Positions 45,940 through 55,637 of a DNA stretch of 64,000 nucleotides are shown piece after piece. This stretch comes from a virus. The DNA is taken from positions 32,001 to 96,000 of IMG/VR virus record IMGVR_UViG_3300027859_000006. One strand, given 5' to 3'. A model generated the notes under the pieces. The model saw only the letters and a list, made by a program, of their open reading frames with translations. It had not been told where the DNA came from and did not search any database. The first letter of the stretch is position 1, and each line of letters starts with the position of its first letter. The position numbers and the translations under genes are program-made.

Positions 45940-46392
45940 TCATGTCAAGAAAGTTTTCACTTTCCTCCAGACAACCACTCCTATGTACATTAAGCGTGCT
46001 TTCCACTTATCAGTGTTATTATCGACTAGAGTAGAATAAAATTGCAGGTCTCTTTGAGACCCGTCTACTCTCATATGTATAAGAAAATCGTGTTGTACAG
46101 AAGCTTCTAAGTTTTTCGGGCAAAATGGCCCTCCAAACACACTCCAAAATATTCTAGGGATAGAAGCTCCGTCTGTAATAAACCCTTTAGGAATAGTAAA
46201 GGTTTGCCCTAGAATGGGACTATTAAACACGTAATCCTGCACTACCATATAATTGTAGTTGCCGTTAGGGGAAATTGTTAACTTATTGTGGCTTTGTAGC
46301 TGGCGGTACATTCGGTGACCCTGATGAACCACTGCCTTTTTTAGATGCGCTACGTTTTTTAATAAAATATAGAATTGCAGCAATACCTGCAA
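45940..46392 (-). CDS. DUF1353-family protein; start uncertain
   Basis: IPKGFITDGASIPR, ASVQHDFL. Confidence 0.75.
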   Translation of the reverse strand: MQVLLQFYILLKNVAHLKKAVVHQGHRMYRQLQSHNKLTISPNGNYNYMVVQDYVFNSPILGQTFTIPKGFITDGASIPRIFWSVFGGPFCPKNLEASVQHDFLIHMRVDGSQRDLQFYSTLVDNNTDKWKARLMYIGVVVWRKVKTFLT

Positions 46393-46417
46393 TTACTAAT
46401 ACTGATTCTAGAAACAT
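46283..46417 (-). CDS. small single-TM protein
   Basis: GGAG SD; MFLESVLVIAGIAAILYFIKKR. Confidence 0.5.
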   Translation of the reverse strand: MFLESVLVIAGIAAILYFIKKRSASKKGSGSSGSPNVPPATKPQ

Positions 46418-46419
46418 AC

Positions 46420-46761
46420 TTACTCCTGATCTTTGTCTGCTTCTACTTTCCATTTCCACCCAGAATTGGTATAGAAGCCAAAAAATACAGCACCTGCGCC
46501 AAACATCGTCGTGATTAGGGCTGTATAACCTACGGGCCTTCCGATTACGCCCACCTGTCTGCAAGCTAGTAGCTCTGCGGTTTTGATACTTTCCCCTTTA
46601 TTAAGTACCACCTGCATCACTGCTGCGTCGCATTTTATTTCAGGAACTTCCTTATACGAAATGTACCAATTCACAGACATTATAAGACCTACTGTGTATA
46701 CTACAAGTACCATTCTAGGAAATATCCTAAACATGTCTAAGTATTTAGCTATTTTAGACAT
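46420..46761 (-). CDS. two-TM membrane protein (holin candidate)
   Basis: RIFPR + TM ... TM; heads the spanin operon behind a TTGACT-N17-TATAAT promoter (~46818-46846). Confidence 0.6.
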   Translation of the reverse strand: MSKIAKYLDMFRIFPRMVLVVYTVGLIMSVNWYISYKEVPEIKCDAAVMQVVLNKGESIKTAELLACRQVGVIGRPVGYTALITTMFGAGAVFFGFYTNSGWKWKVEADKDQE

Positions 46762-46892
46762 AGGGTTAGAGGCCTGTTAAATTTAATAAATACATAAAAA
46801 ATTCCTCCTAGGACTACATTATATCAAAATATAACTTGAAGTCAACAGAAGAATTTTTATACAGATACAAAAAAGGAGGCCGAAGCCTCCTT

Positions 46893-48275
46893 TTATAAGT
46901 AGTCGTACTTAGGTATGCACAGCGCGGATTTGACCATGTCTAGAGGTGTTACTACTTCCCCAGACAATACTGTCTTCATAACCGCAGCTGAGAAGCCCGA
47001 TACTAAAACAGTACCATTCTGTCCAGCTCTAACTGGTACGTTATCACGTCTGCTAGCAATGTTCCAGAACACTAATTTAGGAGCAGTAAAACCTGAGGCT
47101 TCAAAGTCTCTAATAGTTTTCTCAGATACAGGGCTTGAACCGCAACGGTCAAATTCCATATCAGACAGTACGATTAACGCATCTGGCAAATCTTCATCAG
47201 TCAGTCCGTTAGCAACGGCTCTATCCAGGATAGTTTGCATAGCGCGATTAATATCCGTATTCATGCCCCAGTGCGCTCTACTTAGGTTACGAAGACGAGT
47301 TTCTAAGGTATCACCACAAAGTTCTTGCATTCTAGGACGTTCAGAGAACGTTAAGAACTGGTCTTTGAACACTCCTTTGTTTCGCTCGGCTAGGTAAATA
47401 CCAAGAGACATTGCTACTTGCATAGTAGTGAATTTAGTATTCCCAGCTGCAACACACATAGACGCTGAAACGTCTATCATAGGCAAAAAGCTGCCTTCGC
47501 CCACGTAATCTGGCAAACCTTTCCATTGAGCTTCTCGAAGCTGCCCTGAACTATTTGCTACAATCTCATAAGGATATAGCACGCTAGAGTTAACCGTATC
47601 CTTGCCCTTTTCAAGGGCGGATAGATACTCTTCGTATCTTTCACCGTCATTGCGAGCAAACGCTTTGCGATAAAGTAACTGAGCACGAGAAGGCAACTTA
47701 CCGTACTCAATTTGATCCCACTCACGATTACACATCTGAGTCTCAACTACGTTAGTAGTTTCAACTAACAGCTTGCGCAAAGTTTTTGGCGGAACGCCAA
47801 GGTGACGGCGCACCTCTCCGAAGATTGTACCTTTACGAGGCATCCACTTAGCTGCTAGAGCATTTTTCTCAACCGCAATAGCGCGTAGCCATACGGTGAT
47901 AGCGTGTGCCTTAATGTCTCCACCAAGTTCAATTACTGGGATTAGGTCGTCGAAGCGACCAATCTCAGGGATTTTTGATACAATGGCTTTACCTGTTTCT
48001 AGGTCGACCAGTTTAAGGATTTGTGTAATCCATTGGCGGAAGTGTTTACGTTCACCGTAACCACCACGAGGGTCACGTGTATACAGAGCTAAGCGAATAG
48101 CCAAGTCTGGGTTTTCTTTAAAAGCCTGTAAGAATTCACCTACTAGGTTAGTTCCACGGCTAGAACCTGCACGACCGAATAAGTCTACTAGGAATGAACC
48201 TGATGTAGAGTTTGTTACTGCTCTATTCTCTGTAAATGAGTTAGCGTGCGTCATTGCGTTAAATAGTTTGTTCAT
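46893..48275 (-). CDS. DUF2828 / TROVE-like (Ro60-related) protein with C-terminal vWA domain
   Basis: TEN, RDPRGG.GER, AAKWMPR, MIDAS-like DVSASM, WGMNTD, LSDMEFD, FWN, VSGFS. Confidence 0.85.
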   Translation of the reverse strand: MNKLFNAMTHANSFTENRAVTNSTSGSFLVDLFGRAGSSRGTNLVGEFLQAFKENPDLAIRLALYTRDPRGGYGERKHFRQWITQILKLVDLETGKAIVSKIPEIGRFDDLIPVIELGGDIKAHAITVWLRAIAVEKNALAAKWMPRKGTIFGEVRRHLGVPPKTLRKLLVETTNVVETQMCNREWDQIEYGKLPSRAQLLYRKAFARNDGERYEEYLSALEKGKDTVNSSVLYPYEIVANSSGQLREAQWKGLPDYVGEGSFLPMIDVSASMCVAAGNTKFTTMQVAMSLGIYLAERNKGVFKDQFLTFSERPRMQELCGDTLETRLRNLSRAHWGMNTDINRAMQTILDRAVANGLTDEDLPDALIVLSDMEFDRCGSSPVSEKTIRDFEASGFTAPKLVFWNIASRRDNVPVRAGQNGTVLVSGFSAAVMKTVLSGEVVTPLDMVKSALCIPKYDYL

Positions 48276-48600
48276 TTTTGATTCCTTTTAATGCTGTAAT
48301 ATGCTCGGAAATTGGGATTAGCAAATAAAACAATGCTAAGTAAATATTTGATACTGCCCAGATTATGCAGAAGATTACTGCTACAAAGCCTAGGAAGCCT
48401 TTAAAGGTTTTCTCTCTATACCGATAGGCACGGATTCTAAACTCCATATCACCACCAGTAAAGTAATCTTTTATTGCTACTGCTACGTTAGCAGAGATAA
48501 ACAAGGCTAGCGCTGCGTTAAATCCATACGCTATCCACGTAAGGATTGTTACAATGAGTGATACCGCACCGATAATTTGATTTTCTTTACTTACTTTCAT
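48259..48600 (-). CDS. membrane protein
   Basis: multiple TM segments, overlaps the start of the DUF2828 gene. Confidence 0.6.
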   Translation of the reverse strand: MKVSKENQIIGAVSLIVTILTWIAYGFNAALALFISANVAVAIKDYFTGGDMEFRIRAYRYREKTFKGFLGFVAVIFCIIWAVSNIYLALFYLLIPISEHITALKGIKNEQTI

Positions 48601-48833
48601 TAATTTTTCCTTAGTAGCACAACATTGTGCAGTGATTGAATGTATATAGATTTGTTAACCTGAGTGAAAAGTCTCTGTAGCATAACAGGGTCATTAGTCT
48701 CAAATGACACTCTAGGAATGGAGACTCTTCGTTTGTTCTTTGTTATAACGTGGTAAAAGTCTTTATCTTGAGCAACTTTTTCAACGTGAATCATCATATC
48801 TGGGTGTATAAGACCGTTTAAATCCCAAGCCAT
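48600..48833 (-). CDS. hypothetical protein
   Basis: first gene after early promoter 48838-48892. Confidence 0.65.
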   Translation of the reverse strand: MAWDLNGLIHPDMMIHVEKVAQDKDFYHVITKNKRRVSIPRVSFETNDPVMLQRLFTQVNKSIYIQSLHNVVLLRKN

Positions 48834-48910
48834 ATTGTTTTCCTCATTTCTTAATATGTGTATATTATACGTTGAAATATGTTGTTTTGCAAATCTTTTT
48901 TAAAGTTATT

Positions 48911-48986
48911 TGGGGTGACTGACGGGGTTCGAACCCGCATAATCTAGAATCACAGTCTAGGACATTTCCAAATCTGCCACAGCCAC
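48911..48986 (-). tRNA. tRNA-His(GTG)
   Basis: cloverleaf, loop CTGTGAT, CCA end; encoded -1 base is T rather than G. Confidence 0.9.
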
Positions 48987-49004
48987 ACTAAATAACTCTA
49001 ATCA

Positions 49005-49476
49005 CCGTACCGAGAAAGTGTACAAAGCTTTCTCTATGATTTTTTGTTACTCTGTCTTACCAGAGTAGGTACAGATACGGGAAAGAGCTTTCGGGTTTTG
49101 GTAGTACTCCAGACCCGCCGGAAGTTCTCCAGCGAAGGGGAATTGAACCCCTTACCTAACCCTATTTAGGAGTGAGAGTACGAAAGAGATAGCTAGTCTC
49201 GTTCATGGGAGGATCAATCCCTAATTACTACACTCCATATAACCACTCAATTATATGGAGTGTCTCTGGCGGCTTCTCACACCGATTTTATACAGACCCA
49301 GAGACTGCCTGACCGCGTTCCTGCGGCAGTGGGATACTTTATATAACAAAAGTAACAAAACTTGACACGTTTAAGTGAAAGTGAAAGTGCCCAAGACCTT
49401 GGAATTTTATACTGGATTCCAACAGTACCACTCTACTACATCTAGGGCGAGATGGCGTAGTTCCGCTACGCTCGGG
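49005..49476 (-). ncRNA. candidate large (~470 nt) structured ncRNA
   Basis: >10 hairpins, T-loop-like arms, long-range pairings, no ORF of 60 aa or more. Confidence 0.5.
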
Positions 49477-49493
49477 AGATTTTATTCTGTTAG

Positions 49494-49799
49494 TCAACCG
49501 TGCTCTTCTTCGTTGTAAACTTCTACTTCGTAGACCAGCTCTCCTGTAGCGTCTTCGTATCCTTCAACTTCTAGGTCTTCTAACTCTTCTTCAGTGTACT
49601 CGTCTTCGCAGATTGGAGTTCCGATAGTATCCAAGTCTCCGAAAGCATCCTCATCTTGGTACATGCCGTACATTTCGGCGTTATCGATTGAGTACTGACG
49701 AGCAAGCTCCATTGCCGCTTCTTCGTCTTTCGCCTCTAAAATACCTTCGTCGTCACAGCCTGCGAAGCCAGTTCCAACTTTGTAGTAATACTTAATCAT
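49494..49799 (-). CDS. highly acidic hypothetical protein
   Basis: GAGGAG SD after early promoter; very D/E-rich. Confidence 0.7.
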   Translation of the reverse strand: MIKYYYKVGTGFAGCDDEGILEAKDEEAAMELARQYSIDNAEMYGMYQDEDAFGDLDTIGTPICEDEYTEEELEDLEVEGYEDATGELVYEVEVYNEEEHG

Positions 49800-49830
49800 T
49801 AACGTTCTCCTCAATCATTCAATACAAGTA

Positions 49831-50349
49831 TTATACGTTAATTTTGCTTGTTTGGCTAATGATTTTTTCTTTTGAAATAGGCTTCCAGCTTTCTAATTGT
49901 TCCATAGATACGTTTACATATCTAGGGTCTGGTATTATATGACTGTGTAAATGTCCGTGAATATTTAGCTTTGCTCTATATTCTAGTTGGTTAGGGTGAA
50001 CTGGCATATGCGTAATAAGAACTTTACCAAAACCCTTCCAGCGGTCTTCTAAGCATCCTGCTAGTTTTACGTTTGGAAGTGCTTCTTGTATTAAATGAAC
50101 TTTACTAGGATAATCGTGATTTCCTAGCACTACTATAATGTCTTCACAGTGCAATGCTGAAAGTCGCCAAAACTCAGAATTGAATGCTAGGTCTCCTAGT
50201 AGGTATAGCTTATCTGTGGGTTTAACAGTATCATTGATAGCCTCAATGATAGTTTTGTTGTGTGTTTCTATATCTGGGAAGTTACGACCGAACTCAAGAA
50301 TCCGTCTGTGTCCCAAATGTAAGTCGCTGGCAAAGTACGTTGTACTCAT
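49831..50349 (-). CDS. calcineurin-like metallophosphoesterase
   Basis: SDLHLGH, LGD, GNHD, TH.P, HGHLH. Confidence 0.85.
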   Translation of the reverse strand: MSTTYFASDLHLGHRRILEFGRNFPDIETHNKTIIEAINDTVKPTDKLYLLGDLAFNSEFWRLSALHCEDIIVVLGNHDYPSKVHLIQEALPNVKLAGCLEDRWKGFGKVLITHMPVHPNQLEYRAKLNIHGHLHSHIIPDPRYVNVSMEQLESWKPISKEKIISQTSKINV

Positions 50350-50581
50350 TTAAAAATTCCTCTGGTGTTACGTCTCTGTAGTATACTTCATCTACATAGC
50401 CTATTGGAGTGTTTACTGAATACTGAGGATCTCCAGTCTCCCAGATTTCTCCTTTTCTACGTATAGCTCTAGTAAGTATAAGCTGCGGTACTAATCTTTT
50501 ACGTAAGCCTAAAAAGCCGTAACGTTCTATACGATTTTCTATTCTAAACTTGTATTCATCTGTAGGGGTTTCTGTTACCAT
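50294..50581 (-). CDS. hypothetical protein
   Basis: operon context. Confidence 0.5.
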   Translation of the reverse strand: MVTETPTDEYKFRIENRIERYGFLGLRKRLVPQLILTRAIRRKGEIWETGDPQYSVNTPIGYVDEVYYRDVTPEEFLNEYNVLCQRLTFGTQTDS

Positions 50582-50761
50582 TGCACTTCTGCCCTATCTA
50601 AATACGTTCCAACCATAACTACGTTTCCTGCTGCTAGGAAGTAGGTGATTGCTGCCATTAGGTAATTGTGAGTATCCCCTAATACAGAGATAGCTAAGTA
50701 AGCCGCCACTGCAATGGCTGCTAATTCTCTTTTAGTATTCATGTTACTTCCTCGTTAATAA

Positions 50762-50928
50762 ATATTTGGTCTGCGCTTAAAGTAGGGAGAGGCACTCGGT
50801 TTAGGCGTCAGCTACTGAGAGTCCACTAGTTATCCAGACTACTCGACCTACGAAAGTCAAGAACTGCGTTACTTGCAGATGTGGCTTTTTTGGATACCCG
50901 CATCACAACATAAGCGCATACCAAATAT
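50762..50928 (-). ncRNA. candidate ncRNA closed by an ~18-bp stem
   Basis: ATATTTGGT.TGCGCTTA / TAAGCGCA.ACCAAATAT; intergenic. Confidence 0.45.
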
Positions 50929-51134
50929 CTATATAAAAAGTGGCTGACTGGGGTGGACAGTCAGCACTTTTACCATTTAACAAACACAAAGGAGATCAAA
51001 TGCACTACACCCTAACTTTATTATATAGCCGAAGCTACGGCTGACATTTTTGGCTTTGACGTGCCCTAGAGGATTACACCCCGTCCTCTAGTCGGGTACT
51101 GAGGGCTTGCTTAAACTGCAAGTAAGCCCCAATC

Positions 51135-51383
51135 TTATAAAACTAACCGTGCTGATATTGTTGTTACGTCTTGGTCGTCGATTAGCTCACCGTCTTCATC
51201 TAAATTGTCCGAATCTGTGTACTCGCCGTCACCTACCCCCATCAAGTCAAACTGAGAAGTAAAGTCTTCTAAGAATTTCTCTTCTGACCAGTCTTCTGCG
51301 TGGCAGTCTGGAACATCGTCAGGTACTTCGTAAGTCTCTGTATACCCACAATAATCAACACAATATATTTCAACAATTTTCAT
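51135..51383 (-). CDS. highly acidic hypothetical protein
   Basis: after early promoter; D/E-rich. Confidence 0.65.
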   Translation of the reverse strand: MKIVEIYCVDYCGYTETYEVPDDVPDCHAEDWSEEKFLEDFTSQFDLMGVGDGEYTDSDNLDEDGELIDDQDVTTISARLVL

Positions 51384-51455
51384 TCACTTTCCTCATTTCT
51401 TAATATGTGTATATTATACGTTAAATTAACTTGTTTAGCAAATGATTTAATAATT

Positions 51456-51583
51456 TGGAGCAGAGAGAAGGAATCGAACCTCCGCCAATCTTTTATGAGA
51501 AGAAAGCTAAATAGTTGCTGCAAGTATTCTTCCAAACAGAATACCTTGTTTGCTGTATTATGCTACCACTACACCATCTCTGC
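51456..51583 (-). tRNA. tRNA(CAT)-like gene with ~53-nt insertion in the anticodon stem
   Basis: acceptor GCAGAGA/TCTCTGC, D arm, loop CTCATAA, T arm, CCA; insert carries ACAGCAA/GCAGCAA motifs. Confidence 0.7.
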
Positions 51584-51685
51584 ATGAGTACCCTAGGAAG
51601 TGCACTCCCTAAGTTTAGTATTATAGACCTGACCGGCTCGGCTCGGATTATTATAGTGGGGTCAATCACTCTACGTTTTATAAGG

Positions 51686-51883
51686 CTAACGTATTACCTC
51701 AGAATTTATAAACTTCTCTGAGCTAAGGTCTATAGCCCTAACTTCGAAATCCCAATATAGTGGGCAGTTAAGCTCTTCTTCTGCTACGTTTTGTGCTTTT
51801 TCGTAAGCTTCTGAAATAGACAGGTCATCGTCAACCTCTACCTGTACTGTTTTAGTAATCTTTACTTCTACTTCAACAAACAT
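51686..51883 (-). CDS. hypothetical protein
   Basis: after early promoter 51889-51941. Confidence 0.6.
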   Translation of the reverse strand: MFVEVEVKITKTVQVEVDDDLSISEAYEKAQNVAEEELNCPLYWDFEVRAIDLSSEKFINSEVIR

Positions 51884-52105
51884 TCGTTTTCCTCATTTCT
51901 TAATATGTGTATATTATACGCTGAAATGGGTTATTTTGCAAATGATTTAATAATTAATTTGAATGTCATACCAGGTTCCGAACCAGTTAAAATAAAACCT
52001 ATAAATTATACTCTTTTTGTAATACAGTACTTTAGGTATAATTGTAGTGGATATATTTAGTCTATAAGTGCTTGGTCTTTTACACATTTTTACCGCTGAA
52101 ATCAT

Positions 52106-52345
52106 TTAGTCGCGCCCTAGTAGTAGATTTATAGGTATCTCTTTGCCTGAGTTACACGTAAAGGTATGTCTGTTGTAAGACTTTAACTCTCCAAATCCGT
52201 TAAGCTCACAAAAGCTATTATAAGACTCTAGCTTAACTAGCGTTGCTTTGTACTCAAAGTCTGCGTTAGTTTCGACGCCTGATCCTATAACAAAGCCTAA
52301 TGCGAAAGCCATCATGATTGTAAAGAAAGCGATTGGGGCTGGCAT
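52106..52345 (-). CDS. small membrane-anchored protein
   Basis: N-terminal TM; AAGGA SD. Confidence 0.55.
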   Translation of the reverse strand: MPAPIAFFTIMMAFALGFVIGSGVETNADFEYKATLVKLESYNSFCELNGFGELKSYNRHTFTCNSGKEIPINLLLGRD

Positions 52346-52429
52346 ATCTATATATCCTTTATTAAATAAAAAGAAACCCCTGCTTTTACACAGGGGTTAT
52401 TGACACCTCGGTAGCGAATTTCCAAGTCG

Positions 52430-52909
52430 TCAAAGGTTTGGAAACCAACAAATGTCTGAGAACGTTTCTATAAACTTCTCTTTGTTGTTCCCGAAGTAAG
52501 TAAAACATGAACCCCTAGAGCCTTTACCTTTGTAAGTCCCATCGGGTAGCATAAAGCTAAGTCTTCCAGTTGTGTAGGCTTGTAGTCCAGAGCGCAGAGG
52601 TACAGACCATAATGTATCTGTTCCGGCATTGGTTAGCATAATCCCCTCTGCCATGTTACCGTTTTGATATTCGGCTAGGAACTTCGCTGTGAAGTGCTTT
52701 AAAAGCTTTGTGGAGTAAGGCGGGTTACACCAGACTCTCCCAATCCAGGGCTTTTCAAGCCCAGAATCTTCAGCAGTATAAATTTTTGAAGCTCCGACAG
52801 TGCGGTTTGCATATTCACAACTAGCAGGGTCTAAGTCAATAGTTCCCAGTACAAGTTTAGCTTTCTCTATAATATAAGGTGGAGTGTACCATTCACAATT
52901 CATATTCAT
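52430..52909 (-). CDS. DNA N6-adenine methyltransferase (phage Dam-like family)
   Basis: EWYTP, DLDPAS, WCNPPY. Confidence 0.85.
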   Translation of the reverse strand: MNMNCEWYTPPYIIEKAKLVLGTIDLDPASCEYANRTVGASKIYTAEDSGLEKPWIGRVWCNPPYSTKLLKHFTAKFLAEYQNGNMAEGIMLTNAGTDTLWSVPLRSGLQAYTTGRLSFMLPDGTYKGKGSRGSCFTYFGNNKEKFIETFSDICWFPNL

Positions 52910-52922
52910 GTTTTCCTTAAAA

Positions 52923-52998
52923 TGGCACTGACAGCAGGACTCGAACCTACAACCTCTCCGTTCGTAGCGGAGTGCTCTTCCAGTTGAGCTATGCCAGC
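52923..52998 (-). tRNA. tRNA-Arg(ACG)
   Basis: cloverleaf, loop CTACGAA, CCA. Confidence 0.92.
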
Positions 52999-53417
52999 TT
53001 TGGTGTTTCTATTTTTACAATAAGAATATCTTTAGGCATTCCTCTTGTATAGTGTTCTAAAATTTCCCATGTTGGAGGATACTCGTCAATTAAAATAAGT
53101 AGTTTTCCTAAGCCTCTTATTTCTACAAAATGTGTCTTTGCGTGTTTATCTATCCTAACAGAATCAGGATTCATGTTATCTAGCATTTCTTTAATAAACA
53201 CTGACTTTCCCGACGCTCTAGGTAGTCCCCAAGAGTAATGCATAAACTCCTTTGCAGACACTAGAGGGTTGTAGTATCCTCGGAAATTATTGTAACCAGT
53301 TAGTCCTTGCTTTAACATAGGATTATCCAATGTAGGACATGACCAGTACCTTGAATCTATTAGTTTGGATTTGTGAAGCCAGTCATTGATTAGTTTTAGA
53401 ACGTCAGTTTGCCACAT
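52989..53417 (-). CDS. hypothetical protein (P-loop-like PRASGKS / LIDE)
   Basis: GAGG SD; Walker-like motifs. Confidence 0.55.
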   Translation of the reverse strand: MWQTDVLKLINDWLHKSKLIDSRYWSCPTLDNPMLKQGLTGYNNFRGYYNPLVSAKEFMHYSWGLPRASGKSVFIKEMLDNMNPDSVRIDKHAKTHFVEIRGLGKLLILIDEYPPTWEILEHYTRGMPKDILIVKIETPKLA

Positions 53418-53434
53418 ATTTCCTCTTTTTGATT

Positions 53435-53511
53435 TGGAAGACTAGAGGGGAATCGAACCCCTATGAGCTGGATTTGCAATCCAGTGCCTATATCCCTTCA
53501 GCCACTAGTCC
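53435..53511 (-). tRNA. tRNA-Cys(GCA)
   Basis: loop TTGCAAA, U73, CCA. Confidence 0.9.
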
Positions 53512-53898
53512 ATTGTTATAGTTTTCAGTTAATTCTTCATGGTTCTTCATAGCTCCAGGACTTAAAAACCTTTCGCCTACCTCCATAAGATGGTTGTTTA
53601 GGTAGAACGGCACTAAAACTACATCTGCGTTGTGTCCTGGCTCTATCCGTATCTTACCAGTAGCTCCTAAATGTTTCCTTAGTGCGGTAAATGCAGGGTG
53701 GTAATCAAAAGAAGTTATACCAAATTTCTTGTATTCTGAATCATAGTAAGTAATACCGGAATATAAGCTGCACATATACTCAGGATTTAAGAAGTAATAC
53801 TCGGGCATTCCTAAGTCTAGTTTCAATTGAAAGTACCTCCCACTTTTTCTAGCAAAATCTATCATTAAGTCTAGCATACAATTATCTCGTTGCTCCAC
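53488..53898 (-). CDS. hypothetical protein
   Basis: 136 aa ORF ending inside tRNA-Cys. Confidence 0.55.
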   Translation of the reverse strand: MEQRDNCMLDLMIDFARKSGRYFQLKLDLGMPEYYFLNPEYMCSLYSGITYYDSEYKKFGITSFDYHPAFTALRKHLGATGKIRIEPGHNADVVLVPFYLNNHLMEVGERFLSPGAMKNHEELTENYNNGLVAEGI

Positions 53899-53968
53899 CT
53901 ACAGCCTTCTACTGCACCTTAAAAGATTCACTCGCAGAACGGAAGTGATGGTAGTTTCTTTTTGCAAA

Positions 53969-54057
<89 letters not shown>

Positions 54058-54059
<2 letters not shown>

Positions 54060-54294
54060 ATTTATCGAAACAGGTTAATCCTGATGCCTTGTCTCCGCCA
54101 GAGACAAGTATAAGGCACGATTTTTCTGGATGCCCTACCGGAGTAAATTCGTAAATATCAGGATTAGAACCCCAGCCGTCTACTTCGTAGACGCGCACTG
54201 GGTTTAATAGTACTCCGCCACCGTTGTCACTAGATTGGGGGGTACATGCTGCTGTTAAAAATACAGCTGAAAAAAGAATTGCTAATTGTTTCAT
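54058..54294 (-). CDS. lipoprotein
   Basis: signal peptide with lipobox LTAAC. Confidence 0.65.
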
Positions 54295-54311
54295 TTTATT
54301 CCTTGGTTGAT

Positions 54312-54386
54312 TGGTGGAGACACCGTGGGTCGAACACGGCGGTTTTGCCTTATGAGAGCAAACTGAGCACCTACCGCTCCATCTCC
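54312..54386 (-). tRNA. tRNA-Met/Ile2(CAT)
   Basis: loop CTCATAA, T arm CCGTG-TTCGACC-CACGG, CCA. Confidence 0.75.
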
Positions 54387-54647
54387 TTAAATTGGTTTTG
54401 GGGCTGCTCCTTTACGCCCTTCAGCTATATAACCTTTAGCAAAGTTAGGCAGTTGCATAACTGGAGTACCCTCTAGAATGTCTAAGCGAGTTATATCAGC
54501 CCAATGCTGCTTATCCATACTTTCTGTAATTACTGCTTGTACGCATCCGTACAGGTCAAAAGATACGCTACTTACTACACCAGTAGTACCGGTAACTTTA
54601 TCTCTTACTTTTCTACCTAAAAACTTGTTTACGTGTTCTTCTATCAT
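54387..54647 (-). CDS. hypothetical protein
   Basis: LG.KVRDKVTG..GVV....LYGC.Q phage-type motif. Confidence 0.65.
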   Translation of the reverse strand: MIEEHVNKFLGRKVRDKVTGTTGVVSSVSFDLYGCVQAVITESMDKQHWADITRLDILEGTPVMQLPNFAKGYIAEGRKGAAPKPI

Positions 54648-54831
54648 TAACAGATTTCTCTTAATTCAAAAATTGGTGGGGGTTCAACTGTACGTCTAAT
54701 TTTTTCTTCCAGACGTTTACTTTCCATATACATTGCAAATTGTACCACCGCCTGTCGCTCTTCGGGCGACAGTGTCTGCGTAGTAATAAACTCGTCTAAT
54801 GCTTTTTTACAGTTCATAGAATTCCTTAATT

Positions 54832-54924
54832 TGGCGGAGAGAAAGAGGATCGAACTCTTAAGGCCGTTTAGGGCTCGCTTGATTTCAAGTCAAGTGCAGT
54901 CGCCAGCCGTCTGCTTGCCTCTCC
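54832..54924 (-). tRNA. tRNA-Ser(TGA)
   Basis: loop CTTGAAA, long variable arm, CCA. Confidence 0.88.
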
Positions 54925-55297
54925 AAAGTAAGTTGTTTAAATTTGTGTCGTTAAGAGTAAGTGCAGATTTAGCAGTTATTCTTGATGCGTCTAGTAAGTG
55001 CAGTTTATTTTTTGGCAAGTCGTAAACGGCTAGCACGCTTTGAGCTTTGTTATCAAAGCTCTTTATTGTATTTCCAGTCCTATTAGATCTAGTAGACTTT
55101 AATTCTACTACTAAGTTGCCAGACGGCGATACTTGACTAGAAAACTTTACCTGCACTAGTAAAAGCTCATCCTCTTTTAAGGCTATAAAGTCCACTGGAG
55201 ATTTACCAGAAGTATCTTCAAATATATAGTATCCTAACTCTACTAGGGCTAATTTTGCCCTGTATTCTGCTAAATATCCTTTGTTAGATGAATGCAT
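54890..55297 (-). CDS. PD-(D/E)XK endonuclease (homing-endonuclease-like)
   Basis: KG.LAE, PVDFIA, LVQVK. Confidence 0.75.
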   Translation of the reverse strand: MHSSNKGYLAEYRAKLALVELGYYIFEDTSGKSPVDFIALKEDELLLVQVKFSSQVSPSGNLVVELKSTRSNRTGNTIKSFDNKAQSVLAVYDLPKNKLHLLDASRITAKSALTLNDTNLNNLLWRGKQTAGDCT

Positions 55298-55301
55298 TAG
55301 T

Positions 55302-55637
55302 TTATTTCCTTACCAACTCAGCGGTACTTTCCAAATGTTCTTTTATGCTTTTCCAACCCAAGTCATGACCACTACCGTACTCAGGTCTATGATGTACTAC
55401 AATGTGTGCTAATTCGTGAGCGATTGCGTTTTCCACCATCGAGTCAAAGTGGTTTAATATAAATTCTGGATTGAACACAACCATACCATCACCTTCGTAA
55501 AACGTTCTAGCTGGAGCGCTTAAAGGAGCAGCTATTACTGATACATTGCTAAGATCTAGATTGAATTCCTGTTCAGCTACTTTTAATACTTGAAGTACCT
55601 GCTGTAAAAATAGCTTAATGGTCTGTTCTTCGTTCAT
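55302..55637 (-). CDS. SprT-like zinc metalloprotease domain protein
   Basis: AHELAH...GHDLGWK. Confidence 0.75.
   Translation of the reverse strand: MNEEQTIKLFLQQVLQVLKVAEQEFNLDLSNVSVIAAPLSAPARTFYEGDGMVVFNPEFILNHFDSMVENAIAHELAHIVVHHRPEYGSGHDLGWKSIKEHLESTAELVRK

Noticed and set aside
51500-51560. Group I intron in the tRNA(CAT)
   Set aside because: Only ~53 nt, with no P/Q/R/S core
52372-52430. Possible riboswitch downstream of the methyltransferase
   Set aside because: Only a terminator hairpin (AACCCCTG/CAGGGGTT) is supportable; no recognisable aptamer
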